Virus record (IMG/VR): IMGVR_UViG_3300046533_000211
Span: 33,220 to 97,219 of that record
DNA length: 64,000 nucleotides
Strand: one strand, 5' to 3'
Origin: a virus
Lineage: Duplodnaviria > Heunggongvirae > Uroviricota > Caudoviricetes
In this document: piece after piece, positions 45,749 to 55,091 of the stretch
How positions within the stretch are numbered: the stretch's first letter is position 1
Layout: each line of letters starts with the position of its first letter
Position numbers and translations under genes: made by a program
The notes under the pieces: model-generated
The model's input: only the letters and a program-made list of their open reading frames with translations
The model's database searches: none
What the model was told of the DNA's origin: nothing

Positions 45749-46733
45749 GTCCTTCATCTGCAGCCCCGAGCAGCGATCCGGCCTGCTGGTGGCGGTGCTC
45801 AGTGGCCGCAGGCCCCAGCTCGCAGAGCGCCCCACACGCAAGCTCCTGGGCGCACTCAAGGACTTCGGCGCTGCGGACGTGGTGTGGGTGGTGCGGGAGT
45901 CCGATGCCGCTGGCTACGAGCAGGATGAGCACGCGATGGTGGTCTACTCAGACGACTGGTGTGAGGAGTACGCAGCGGCGCACTGGCTCAAGCCAGGACC
46001 ACCTCCCGAGCAGTATCCCCGGCTGTTCTGCGGGCGCGAGGTGGCCAGCCTAGAGGCCGAGAAGCGGGGGTGCTGGGGGGTGCTCCAGCTCGATGACAAC
46101 ATCGTCAAGCTGGTGGTGGCCCGCAACGTCCTGAGCGGGATCGAGGCGGCTCGGATCAACGGCGGGATGGCCCTGTTCGCGGACCTGCTCGCCGCTGTCA
46201 CGCTGTCCACCAACGGCAGGTTCGTGGGTGCTGCGCTCACTTCCATACCGTCCTCGAAGATGGTGGTGGCCAGGGCGGGCTTCCCGTACTCGCTGTTCAT
46301 CGAGCAGGTTGGCAAGGGCCGGGAGCACTACTACGGCCCCATCGAGGAGGACATCATCCAGGCCTACCAGTACGGCAACCGGGCTGATGTCTCGGACTCC
46401 ACCGCTCTGCTGGTGCCCTCGATCCGGTACTGCAAGGAGTACACCAGCAAGGGCGGCATGCGTGCTTTCTACGACGGGACCAGAGCCGTCCCGCTGGCCC
46501 GGATGTTCCCTGAGACTGCCAAGGTCACCATCAAGCGCGCCCACTCCAACGGCCAGGGTGGGCCAAGGGTGTTCCACCACATGAGCGCAGGGGCGATCCG
46601 CAATCCGATGATCGTCCACGACCGCGAGCTGTTCGGCAGGGCCAAGCGCAGGGTCGAGCAGCTCCTCATCGAGTGGCGTGCACTCTCGGTGAAATACAAC
46701 CAGGCCAAGATCGACAAGCGGGTCAAGGCATGA
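45729..46733 (+). CDS. hypothetical protein, 334 aa, function unknown (Rossmann-like N-terminus?)
   Basis: Clean ORF overlapping ParB paralog end by 20 nt. Confidence 0.6.
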   Translation: MSGTGAESFICSPEQRSGLLVAVLSGRRPQLAERPTRKLLGALKDFGAADVVWVVRESDAAGYEQDEHAMVVYSDDWCEEYAAAHWLKPGPPPEQYPRLFCGREVASLEAEKRGCWGVLQLDDNIVKLVVARNVLSGIEAARINGGMALFADLLAAVTLSTNGRFVGAALTSIPSSKMVVARAGFPYSLFIEQVGKGREHYYGPIEEDIIQAYQYGNRADVSDSTALLVPSIRYCKEYTSKGGMRAFYDGTRAVPLARMFPETAKVTIKRAHSNGQGGPRVFHHMSAGAIRNPMIVHDRELFGRAKRRVEQLLIEWRALSVKYNQAKIDKRVKA

Positions 46734-46774
46734 AGAAGCCCCAGCCGGGTGGGCTGGGGCTTCAGGTGTGGGGT

Positions 46775-46927
46775 CAGCGGCGGGGGCGACCGTGTGGCCG
46801 GTAGCCAATCTTGACCTTGATGGCCTCAATCTCTGCGGCTAGCTTGGCCTTCTCATCGGCGGTCATCTCGCGGGCCTGCACGAAGGTCGCAGTGCTGTGG
46901 TTGGCTACTCGTCCGGCTTCGGTTCTC
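46775..46927 (-). CDS. small protein (about 50 aa, coiled-coil)
   Basis: ATG about 46927 preceded by TATGAT -10-like and CATAGTC/TAGCAATT motifs; coordinates +/-1. Confidence 0.35.
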
Positions 46928-47026
46928 ATGGCTCCACCATATCATAGTCGGGTAGCAATTAATCTGTGCTCTGCCTCACATGAACGAAGGCCCCGCCTGG
47001 GGGGGCGGGGCCTTCGGGGGCTGGGT

Positions 47027-47286
47027 TCAGATGGACAGGGCAAGCGCACCAGCGAGATGGGCGAACAGGTGCATCACGTCACCATTGCGGAAGTCGATCA
47101 TGACGAGCAGCTTCTTGATCTCAGCCTGCTCAGAGGCGGGGGCCTCCTTGATCTTGGCCAGCACAGAGCCGAGCGGGATCACATTGAGGGTGCCATTGGG
47201 GCTGGTCTTCTCAAAGATGTGCTCGGTGTTCAGGCCCTTCTCGTCAACCAGGGTGTCAAGCCAGCGAGTGAAGGAAGTGGTGGTCA
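47027..47286 (-). CDS. hypothetical protein (86 aa, MTTTSFTRW...)
   Basis: ATG 47286 with GGAG RBS in conserved leader. Confidence 0.6.
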
Positions 47287-47363
47287 TGTCTGCTCCTGAG
47301 ATTCGTGCCCTGGCCTCTTGCCTGGGCGTACCCCAATTAAAGCATAGCTGGCTAGGCATTGCA
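47287..47363 (-). promoter_or_regulatory. promoter (-35 TTGCAA 47358-47363, 17-bp spacer, -10 TTTAAT 47335-47340) plus conserved leader; second copy of the 44177-44252 cassette
   Basis: Spacer contains CTAGGCATT and GCATAG motifs. Confidence 0.55.
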
Positions 47364-47366
47364 AGC

Positions 47367-47732
47367 TCACGGAGCGGTGCGCTCCCCAAGGTCGTGGGCG
47401 AACGCAGGCAGGCCAGGAGCATGCGGGTCGCGGTGCTTCTCACCATCGACCCGGAACCACTCCATCCGCTCATGCTGCTCAATGCCGGGTATGCACTCAT
47501 CCATCAGCCAGTCCAGGAACTGCTCGCGGCTGGTGATGCGCTCGGGCACGGGGAAGATCGGCCCCGCCTCGAAGGTGCCGTCCGGGTTGCAGGCATCCGT
47601 CCCGGTGGCCCAGATGATGACATCCGTACCCACGCCGGGATGGATCAGCCAGCCAGGCCGGTACGTCACACCATGCAGCCAGGCAGCGATGGTCGGTGCG
47701 TCAGGCACGACGCAGGTACGCCAGCCCCTCAT
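47367..47732 (-). CDS. hypothetical protein (about 120 aa)
   Basis: ORF 47367-47786; start choice uncertain, overlaps protease 3' end. Confidence 0.4.
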   Translation of the reverse strand: MRGWRTCVVPDAPTIAAWLHGVTYRPGWLIHPGVGTDVIIWATGTDACNPDGTFEAGPIFPVPERITSREQFLDWLMDECIPGIEQHERMEWFRVDGEKHRDPHAPGLPAFAHDLGERTAP

Positions 47733-49341
47733 TGATGTTGCGGATGTTCGGGATGCCCGTCTTGTCGCGGAACTCCCGCAGCGCACGGTTCACATTGATC
47801 GGACCAGCCCCGAAGGACAGCTCCTCTTCGTGCTCGTCCTCGTCGCTCGGGTTGAGGTTGGCATCGCCGCCCTCGTAGTCGCTCATGGCATCCTTCGCAC
47901 TCGGCGAACGCTTCTTCTTCTCGTCCTTCTTGTCGCCATCCTCAGGCTCGCGGCCACCGCCCTTGGCGAACGGCTTGGCCTTCTCGCCTGGACCGAAGGC
48001 ACGGTCCTCGTTGTCACCGAAGACATCCTCATCGTCCCCATAGGGATCGTTGTAGTCGGACTTCTGCTCCTCCTCGCCCTCGGCCCCTTCGTTGGGGTCC
48101 TCCGGGTCCGGTTCCTGATCGGCCTGGCGCTGTTGGGCAGTGCGTGCACCCTCGGACCACACGTACGGGAACATGCCGCCCAGCCGGGCATCACCAGGCG
48201 TCGGCGAGCTGCCCTGCTGGATCGAGCTGGCTGGCGAGGACGGCAGCGGGGTGCGGGTGCCGTCGTAGAGCACCGCGACCAGCGTTGTCCCACCGTCCAC
48301 ATTGCGGACCATATCGACGTGGCTCACACCGGCCATGATCTTGTCCGTGTCCAGGATGCCGGTCGGCGCGCGCTTGGTCCCAGCAGGCTCGGCACCGCGC
48401 ACCTTGTGGCCGTGCTTGGCCATCGCAGCGGCTGCCCGCTTGCGGATCTGCTCCAGCTGCTGTGGCGTGTAGCCACTCTGCACCTGGCTCAGCGCAGTCC
48501 AGCTGGCCACGACGTGCTTGGCATCGATGGGGAACCTGCGCACACCGTCCCCGTCGCCTGCCTGCTGACGGCTCGCACTCAAGTGGCCGGGGTCGGCGAA
48601 GTGGGTCGCACTCTGGCCCTCGCCATCAGCCGCGCACTCCGGGCACTGGCCGTCCGTGAGGTCACCGTGCTCATGCTCGGCCCGCCAGGCGCGCTGGTCC
48701 ATCAGGGTCGAGACGGCCAGCGTGGCGCGATGCACCAGGTCTGGATCGAGGCGGCGCAGCTCCACCAGCTCGGCCTGGCTCAGTGAGGCCATCGCCTCGA
48801 CACCGTTCTGCAGCACGGCTCGGGTGCCGGGGTTCATCCCGTAGTTGACTACGCTCACGTCGCCCTTGTGCAGGCTGACCTCAGTGATCGTGCGATTCGT
48901 GTAGTTGTCGTCCCACACCTGATCCTTGACCCGGAAGGCGAAGGACATCTCATCGATGTCGCCCCGCTTCATCTTGGGCACCAGCCCCTGGACATCGGGG
49001 TCGGACGGATCCAGGTTGGCCCGGATGAGCAGGCCGTGCTGGTCCACGCCCAGCTTCATCGTGCCGCTCTTGGTCCGCGCCAGCGGCAGCCCCTCATGGT
49101 TCAGCAGGAGCTGTACGTCCGGGTCGGACCGCAGGGTCTGGTCGAATGCCTGGCGGGCCAGCGTCTCCACCCAGCCACCCCGCTCGGGACCACCGAAGGC
49201 GTCGTAGGGGGTGAACGTGGCGGCGTACCCCGTCAGGATGAACTCGCCGGTCGCCTGGTCCTCACGGAACTCGAACCGGGTGGATGCCTTGCGCTCCTCA
49301 CGCACATCGAGAATGCGGGCACGGCTTCGGTGATCGGTCAT
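47701..49341 (-). CDS. capsid maturation (prohead) protease, HK97 family, with long acidic C-terminal extension
   Basis: ATG 49341 with GGAGG RBS; FEFREDQATGEFILTGYAATFTPYDAFGG protease-domain signature. Confidence 0.75.
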   Translation of the reverse strand: MTDHRSRARILDVREERKASTRFEFREDQATGEFILTGYAATFTPYDAFGGPERGGWVETLARQAFDQTLRSDPDVQLLLNHEGLPLARTKSGTMKLGVDQHGLLIRANLDPSDPDVQGLVPKMKRGDIDEMSFAFRVKDQVWDDNYTNRTITEVSLHKGDVSVVNYGMNPGTRAVLQNGVEAMASLSQAELVELRRLDPDLVHRATLAVSTLMDQRAWRAEHEHGDLTDGQCPECAADGEGQSATHFADPGHLSASRQQAGDGDGVRRFPIDAKHVVASWTALSQVQSGYTPQQLEQIRKRAAAAMAKHGHKVRGAEPAGTKRAPTGILDTDKIMAGVSHVDMVRNVDGGTTLVAVLYDGTRTPLPSSPASSIQQGSSPTPGDARLGGMFPYVWSEGARTAQQRQADQEPDPEDPNEGAEGEEEQKSDYNDPYGDDEDVFGDNEDRAFGPGEKAKPFAKGGGREPEDGDKKDEKKKRSPSAKDAMSDYEGGDANLNPSDEDEHEEELSFGAGPINVNRALREFRDKTGIPNIRNINEGLAYLRRA

Positions 49342-49363
49342 CTCGTCTACCTCCTGGCGGGGA

Positions 49364-50728
49364 TTATCCCCGCGCCTTGCCGTTTGGACCGCCCGACACA
49401 CTCGGAGCGGATGTGGATGGGGTGACTTGGGGAGTGGACTCGCCACCGGCCACCGGCTTCCCAGGCACAGCCTTGGTCGGCGTCTTAGGCGGCTCCTCCG
49501 GTCTGGCTGGCTCGGGCGTCTGGGAGATCGGACTCGGCGCGCTCGCAGGTTTGACCAGCATGCCGTAGGGGTCAGGCTGCATCCCGAGCGGGACGAAGTT
49601 CGCAGGCTGCAGTGGCTCGTCGCCGAACTCCAGCGGCTCCATCTCCTCCTGGGCACGCACCTCGTTCGGGGTGATCCAGAAGGCCTTGAGCGCCTTCTCG
49701 TAGGCCTCGAAGCGGGTCTTGATGTCGCCCTTCAGCAACGCGGAGTAGTCGAACTGGACATACTGCCCAGGTGGCAGCATCCTGCTGAAAACAGACTCGA
49801 TGCACGCCGTCCAGGCCCGGAAGGTGTAGGTCACGGCACCGATGGTGATCTGCTCGACACCCGTGCCCCACGCGGTCGTCTCCTTGGTGTCGCCGATCAG
49901 GATGGGCGGCACTCCATACATGATGCAGATCTCGGAGCGCTGGAACTGCCGCGTCTCCAGGAACTGGCTTTCGTTCGGGGCGATGGACAGCGGGGCGAAC
50001 TTGAATCCACCCGTGAGGACAGCGGGCAGCTTGCGGCCACCGTGGGACTGTATCCAGTCCTTCTGCGCGCGGATGACCGCCCTCTCGTCAAGGTCCTGCT
50101 CGGTCGTCAGCATGCCGCTCGGGTTGGCGCTCTCCTTGAAATATCTATAGCCGTACTCCTCTGACGCCAGGCTCATCCCCACCGCGACAGCTGCCTGGTG
50201 GATCGGACTCAGGCCCCATGGCTCACCCGGCATCGTGAAGCGGCGGATGTGGCAGATGTTGCCGCTCGGGATCTGCTCGCCCATCACCCGATAGACCGGA
50301 TCAAACCAGCGCAGGATGTCGGTTCGCCGCTCCAGGAACACCGAATCGGGGTGCAGGGGCATGATCGCGTTCGGCAGCTGGGTCTTGTCGTCATATCCGG
50401 TGATCAGGCCGTAGTAATTGCCCCTCAGGGCCAGCGAGGCCACCATCGACCACTTGTACTGGAACAGATCGAACCCTGGCCACGGCTCCTGGACCAGAGC
50501 AGGCTGAGGGCGCACCTCCTTGGGCACACCCTTGGCGTCGCGGGTGTAAACCTTCCAGGGCAGGCTCGCGATGGTGTCGGCCAGCAGCCGCACGCAGGCA
50601 TAGACGGTCATCACTGACATGGCCCTATGGACACCCACGTAGTCATCCAGCACACCCACCGCAGGCGGCGGCACGAACGAGCTACTGGTCAGCGTGCGCT
50701 GCTCCATCGCCCCGGCACGCGGGGACAT
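49364..50728 (-). CDS. portal protein
   Basis: HK97-type portal-like body; start among 50728/50707/GTG 50812 uncertain. Confidence 0.7.
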   Translation of the reverse strand: MSPRAGAMEQRTLTSSSFVPPPAVGVLDDYVGVHRAMSVMTVYACVRLLADTIASLPWKVYTRDAKGVPKEVRPQPALVQEPWPGFDLFQYKWSMVASLALRGNYYGLITGYDDKTQLPNAIMPLHPDSVFLERRTDILRWFDPVYRVMGEQIPSGNICHIRRFTMPGEPWGLSPIHQAAVAVGMSLASEEYGYRYFKESANPSGMLTTEQDLDERAVIRAQKDWIQSHGGRKLPAVLTGGFKFAPLSIAPNESQFLETRQFQRSEICIMYGVPPILIGDTKETTAWGTGVEQITIGAVTYTFRAWTACIESVFSRMLPPGQYVQFDYSALLKGDIKTRFEAYEKALKAFWITPNEVRAQEEMEPLEFGDEPLQPANFVPLGMQPDPYGMLVKPASAPSPISQTPEPARPEEPPKTPTKAVPGKPVAGGESTPQVTPSTSAPSVSGGPNGKARG

Positions 50729-50745
50729 CAGGCGGGCCAGCACGC

Positions 50746-51168
50746 TCACGGAGTCAAGTCTCGCGGTCGGGTGAACTGATCGCTGGTCGCCACGCCGAGA
50801 ACCACCAGGCACAGACCTGTGACGATCAGGCCCAGCCAGACGTGCACTAGCCAGAATCCCGCCGAGAACAGCAGCAGACCGACGATCTCCAGGAGGGTGG
50901 AGACGATCTCCCGCCTATCCACCCCGGATTCGCTGGGCGGCTCCTGCTCAGGTTGCTGTAGAGGCTCCGTTTGGGGGGTCAACCCGGTTGCTGACGCCTT
51001 CCTGCGGCGTTTGCTCAGTGACACCACACCGGTTGCCGGATCCACCAGCTCGGGGTCGGGATCGAGGCGTGTGTCCGGGTCGAACAGCTCCTCGCCCAGG
51101 CGCTGCATGCCCATCCGCGCACTGATCGGGGCGCTGTCGTCATATGGGTCGAACGTGTCATCGCTCAT
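50746..51168 (-). CDS. hypothetical protein with C-terminal TM segment
   Basis: 140-aa ORF between TerL and portal. Confidence 0.55.
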   Translation of the reverse strand: MSDDTFDPYDDSAPISARMGMQRLGEELFDPDTRLDPDPELVDPATGVVSLSKRRRKASATGLTPQTEPLQQPEQEPPSESGVDRREIVSTLLEIVGLLLFSAGFWLVHVWLGLIVTGLCLVVLGVATSDQFTRPRDLTP

Positions 51169-52780
51169 GGATGGGGATCACCTCAGCCTCTGCTCCGTCC
51201 TTCTCCCACTGCTCGATCTGCTCCTCCGATGGCCAGGACCAGACCTGTGGCGTGGCCTCGGGCGGGCGACCCTCCAGCCAGACGGCGGCGGCGCAGGCAA
51301 CCAGCGGAGCGATGTCGACAGGTGAGTTCCGTCTATCGAACACCCATGAGTCACCGATCTTGCGCGCCGCGCCGGATGCAGCAGCGCGGTCCAGGATCGG
51401 CTGAGGCCGGTGGTAGATCGTATGGTCACAGATGCCATCGAAGAACAGCGCACAGCCCGCCTGCAGCTCCAGACCAGGCCCCCATTCCACCACTGGGACA
51501 CCCACACGCTTCAGATCACCGATCATCCCGCTCACTGGAGCGCCTGTCTTCTGCACTGCCACGCCCGCGTACGCTTCCTTGCGCTCTGCCAGCCAGCCCA
51601 CCACCCAGTCCGTCCCCCGAGCCGCCTGGATCACTTCGATGTGGAGTGCGCCGTCGTCTCGTCGTGCCGCGATGGCGACGTAGCTTGCTGTGCGGTTGTA
51701 GTTCACGTCCAGCGCGGCGTAGATGACCGATGCCTCTGCCCTCCTGCTGTTCACATCCCTGCCGTCCTGCCAGTACTCGGCGGGGATGACCCCCGGCTCC
51801 AGGGCGTCCACCGTCTGGCACAGGTACTCCGTTTGCCAGCCCGGCATGTTCTTGTATTGCATCGTTTCGAGGCGACCGTGCAGGTCCTCGATGGTGAACT
51901 CGTTCAGCCAGCCCACGGCAGGGTTGGCTTGGGGCCAGTGGCGGGGGTCGCGGGGGTCAGCATCCGGTGGAGCACTCCATTCGAAGTAACCAGTCCGGGT
52001 ATCAGCCGTTGTGCCCGTCAATATGCGCCTGGTGGCCGATTGCTGCTGCGAAAGCAGCACCACAGAGCGTGCATCGCCCGCATTCGTGGTGCACACCACC
52101 TGGGAGCACGGTCGGACGGTGCCCGTGGGGGTGATGGCGTCCCAGGCGTCCCAGGTGGTGTGCTCACGTAGCTCGTCCAGCCAGACCACATCCACCGGCA
52201 GGCCACGGCCACCCTTGCGGCTCGCGGTGGCCGCGCGCCAGTAGCGGCGGTTTGTCAGCACGGCGCGGTTCTTGCCGCTGCCCTCCTTGTGGTTGATCAG
52301 CTCGGGGAGGAGTGCCGGGATCGCCCTGATCTCATCGACGGCTTCCTTCAGTGTCGTCTCGGCGTAGTCGAGGTTCTGTGCTGCGATGACGGCCATCTTG
52401 GCACCGGGGTTCGTCCCGCTCACCGCGCCGGTCTTGGAGTAGAACAGCCGCCAGAGGTTCAGCCCTCGGCCCCACTTCGTCTTGCCGTTCTGCCTGGCCA
52501 CCAGGATGACCAGGAACTGGAATCGGAACCCGATTCCGCCCGGTTTCTTCTCCAATGCGTGCCAATACAGCCATATTTGCCAGGGCAGCAGGCTCCAGCG
52601 GCACACCTTCTGCAGGAAGTAGACGCAGGAGTAGCCCCAGGACGTTCGCTTGCTCAGGCCACACCCACACGGGCACTGCACCTCGTCGGGCTTGGCGTCG
52701 CAGTTCTCTGGCAGCGGCGGCGTGAACAGGCGGGGGGTCATGCAGCCGGTGGTCGGCACCGGCTCGGCAACGGAGGTCAC
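51158..52780 (-). CDS. terminase large subunit
   Basis: Walker A VARQNGKT, Walker B VVWLDE, nuclease domain; GTG 52780 (alternative ATG 52741). Confidence 0.8.
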   Translation of the reverse strand: MTSVAEPVPTTGCMTPRLFTPPLPENCDAKPDEVQCPCGCGLSKRTSWGYSCVYFLQKVCRWSLLPWQIWLYWHALEKKPGGIGFRFQFLVILVARQNGKTKWGRGLNLWRLFYSKTGAVSGTNPGAKMAVIAAQNLDYAETTLKEAVDEIRAIPALLPELINHKEGSGKNRAVLTNRRYWRAATASRKGGRGLPVDVVWLDELREHTTWDAWDAITPTGTVRPCSQVVCTTNAGDARSVVLLSQQQSATRRILTGTTADTRTGYFEWSAPPDADPRDPRHWPQANPAVGWLNEFTIEDLHGRLETMQYKNMPGWQTEYLCQTVDALEPGVIPAEYWQDGRDVNSRRAEASVIYAALDVNYNRTASYVAIAARRDDGALHIEVIQAARGTDWVVGWLAERKEAYAGVAVQKTGAPVSGMIGDLKRVGVPVVEWGPGLELQAGCALFFDGICDHTIYHRPQPILDRAAASGAARKIGDSWVFDRRNSPVDIAPLVACAAAVWLEGRPPEATPQVWSWPSEEQIEQWEKDGAEAEVIPIHER

Positions 52781-52974
52781 GGTCTCATCATGCGACAGTC
52801 GAAGTCGTGCGGTTCCCAGACTTCGATCTGCTCCTCGGCCAGCAGCAGCCAGGGCAGAGGCGGGGCAGTGTTGACCTCACGGTCGTCACGCAGCGCGCGG
52901 CGCACCACCACATAGACCGGGGTCATGGCCAGCCAGAACAGCGCAACGACAGCGTCGGTAGTCAGCCGCTTCAT
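52777..52974 (-). CDS. small membrane protein between TerS and TerL
   Basis: ATG 52974 (MKRLTT...ALFWLAMTPVYVVV); alternative GTG 53049. Confidence 0.4.
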   Translation of the reverse strand: MKRLTTDAVVALFWLAMTPVYVVVRRALRDDREVNTAPPLPWLLLAEEQIEVWEPHDFDCRMMRP

Positions 52975-53038
52975 GCCCGTGTTAGCAGCAGAAGTACGCC
53001 ACCCCAACTGAATAGGGCCGCGATGATCCCGTAAACGA

Positions 53039-53548
53039 TCACATTCCACCCGCTTCCCGCTGCTGACGGAGGCGATACTTCGTCAGCTCGTCCAGCATCT
53101 GGTATCCGGGGCTGTTCTCATCCATGTCGGCCATCTCCGCATCGGACATGGGTGGCGTGACCATGATGCCGCGCTCCTCGGTGAGGTCGTAGAACCTGGC
53201 TTGCTGCTCCAGCAGCCTGCGGCCCACTTCGATGGCCTTGAGGTCACCGTCCATCACCTTCGACCAGGCGCGGCTGATCAGCATCTCCAGCCGCTCCACG
53301 TAGATGGTCTTCGCCTGGTCAGCGAGCAGCTCCTGGCGCTTGGCCGCACCGAGCAGCTCAGCCTTGATGATGTCGTGCACCCATGGCGAGGTGAGCATGA
53401 CCTTCGGGTGCGCGGCGATCCACCGCTCCGTGCGGCCAGCCAGGAAGGCCTGGAAGATGAAGGCGTTGCGCTCCTGGCGCTGCTCAGCGGTCACCCTGGC
53501 CGATCTCCTGTCCAGATTGCCGTCTACCCGTCGCCTCTTGCCCGCCAT
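53039..53548 (-). CDS. terminase small subunit (putative)
   Basis: 169 aa immediately upstream of TerL. Confidence 0.55.
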   Translation of the reverse strand: MAGKRRRVDGNLDRRSARVTAEQRQERNAFIFQAFLAGRTERWIAAHPKVMLTSPWVHDIIKAELLGAAKRQELLADQAKTIYVERLEMLISRAWSKVMDGDLKAIEVGRRLLEQQARFYDLTEERGIMVTPPMSDAEMADMDENSPGYQMLDELTKYRLRQQREAGGM

Positions 53549-53558
53549 CGGGCAAGTA

Positions 53559-54956
53559 TCAGCCCCAATTGAGTGGGTCGTCGGGATTATCAGCGGCGCG
53601 GCGTGCCAGCACGGCCCTCATCAGCCAGGGGCGGCCCTGCGCCACGCGGTAGATCTGGAACAGCTCCCGATTGCGTTCGACATCACGGGTCCACCCTCGC
53701 GAGTCGGCCTTGGCCCCCACGTAGGTGTCGTGGACCGAGCCGGTGGAGTGCTTCGGCTTCTGGTTGTGCTCGAACGAGTAGACGCTGCCCTCCAGCCTCT
53801 TGACCCGCGACAGCGTGCCGACGATGGAGGTGAACGAGGTGTCCTCCCAGCCCCACCCGATGAACTCTGGCGGCTGCCCACCGAGCCGCCAGTACTCCTT
53901 GCGGGTGGCCACCAGGCAGCCACCCACCCCGGCCACGCCGTCACCGTCCCAGGTGTTGATGAACGGCACGCTGGCCAGCTCAGACAGCGGCGTATCCAGG
54001 TATTTCGGGTCGAGAATCCGGTATTTCGTGAACGGCCAGCAGACACCCACCGGTTCGGCCACCGCCCGCAGCACATTCAACGGATCGACCAGGGTGTCGG
54101 CATCGGAGATCACCACCACGTCAGTCTCAGCCTGGCGCACCGCGTTGTTGCGGGCCTGGGCCAGGCTGAACACCTTGGTGTCGGAGTCGGCGGTGATGAC
54201 AGGCCAGCCGAACATCGCCCAGTACTCCTGCACGCGCTTGAACGCTGCGAGCCTGGAGCGGGAAGGACGCCACGGAATGCACACCGTGGCCCGCAGCCGG
54301 GGCTGCAGCTTGGGCATGAGCAGCGCAGGCTGGACCACGTCGAGCGGATGTCTAATTTCCAATTTCGCAATTCGCAATCGGCGCGCGGTGCTGGGCTTGG
54401 CGAACAGGATGATGTTCTGGCGATACCACCATTCGACCCGTTGATCCCACCAGATGCGCTGTCGCACAACATCATACGGCTGAAAACCGTGCTCAGCGAA
54501 CAGTCTGGCCCAGTAGCTGGGCCAGTGCAGGTTGATGTGCCCCGTCCCGTCCTGACCCGGTGGGGCTGCCGAGAAGGCCACGACGCTCCCATGGCGGCAC
54601 AGCGATTCGACCAGGGTGCGGCTCGCCCTCTGCGGCAGGTGCTCGGCCACCTCCAGGCACAGCACCAGGTCGGCCTTGCGGCCCAGGCGTAGCGGCTCCG
54701 TCAGGTCATGGGCGCGGAACAGCGGTCGCACCGGGTCGGGCAGCAGCTCCCTCACCCACTCACCGTCGACACCGGCCAGCATGGTCACGCCCTCATCGAG
54801 GTGCGCCCAGGCGCGCAGCCAGGTGCCCACGCCACAGCCCACATCGATCACCGTCTCCGGGTTGATCAGCTCCTTCAGGATCGGGACGACCACCTGCGCC
54901 GACGACAGTGACCCATCGGCCTGCCATGCATAGAACTGCTCGTCGTAAAGGGGCAT
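53559..54956 (-). CDS. bifunctional SAM-dependent methyltransferase (N-term) / family-2 glycosyltransferase (C-term)
   Basis: VIDVGCGVGTW MTase motif I; GT-A-like C-terminal half with VISDADT (DxD) motif. Confidence 0.7.
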   Translation of the reverse strand: MPLYDEQFYAWQADGSLSSAQVVVPILKELINPETVIDVGCGVGTWLRAWAHLDEGVTMLAGVDGEWVRELLPDPVRPLFRAHDLTEPLRLGRKADLVLCLEVAEHLPQRASRTLVESLCRHGSVVAFSAAPPGQDGTGHINLHWPSYWARLFAEHGFQPYDVVRQRIWWDQRVEWWYRQNIILFAKPSTARRLRIAKLEIRHPLDVVQPALLMPKLQPRLRATVCIPWRPSRSRLAAFKRVQEYWAMFGWPVITADSDTKVFSLAQARNNAVRQAETDVVVISDADTLVDPLNVLRAVAEPVGVCWPFTKYRILDPKYLDTPLSELASVPFINTWDGDGVAGVGGCLVATRKEYWRLGGQPPEFIGWGWEDTSFTSIVGTLSRVKRLEGSVYSFEHNQKPKHSTGSVHDTYVGAKADSRGWTRDVERNRELFQIYRVAQGRPWLMRAVLARRAADNPDDPLNWG

Positions 54957-55091
54957 GAGCCGATCGTAATTGACAGCAGGCTATAATGCTGGGATGACAC
55001 TACGTGAACTGTGGCGGCGCTTCGTCGCCTTCTGGATCGCAGACGATCCCGACCCCGAGTACTCCCAGCTTGACCGCTGGGATGGACTGGG

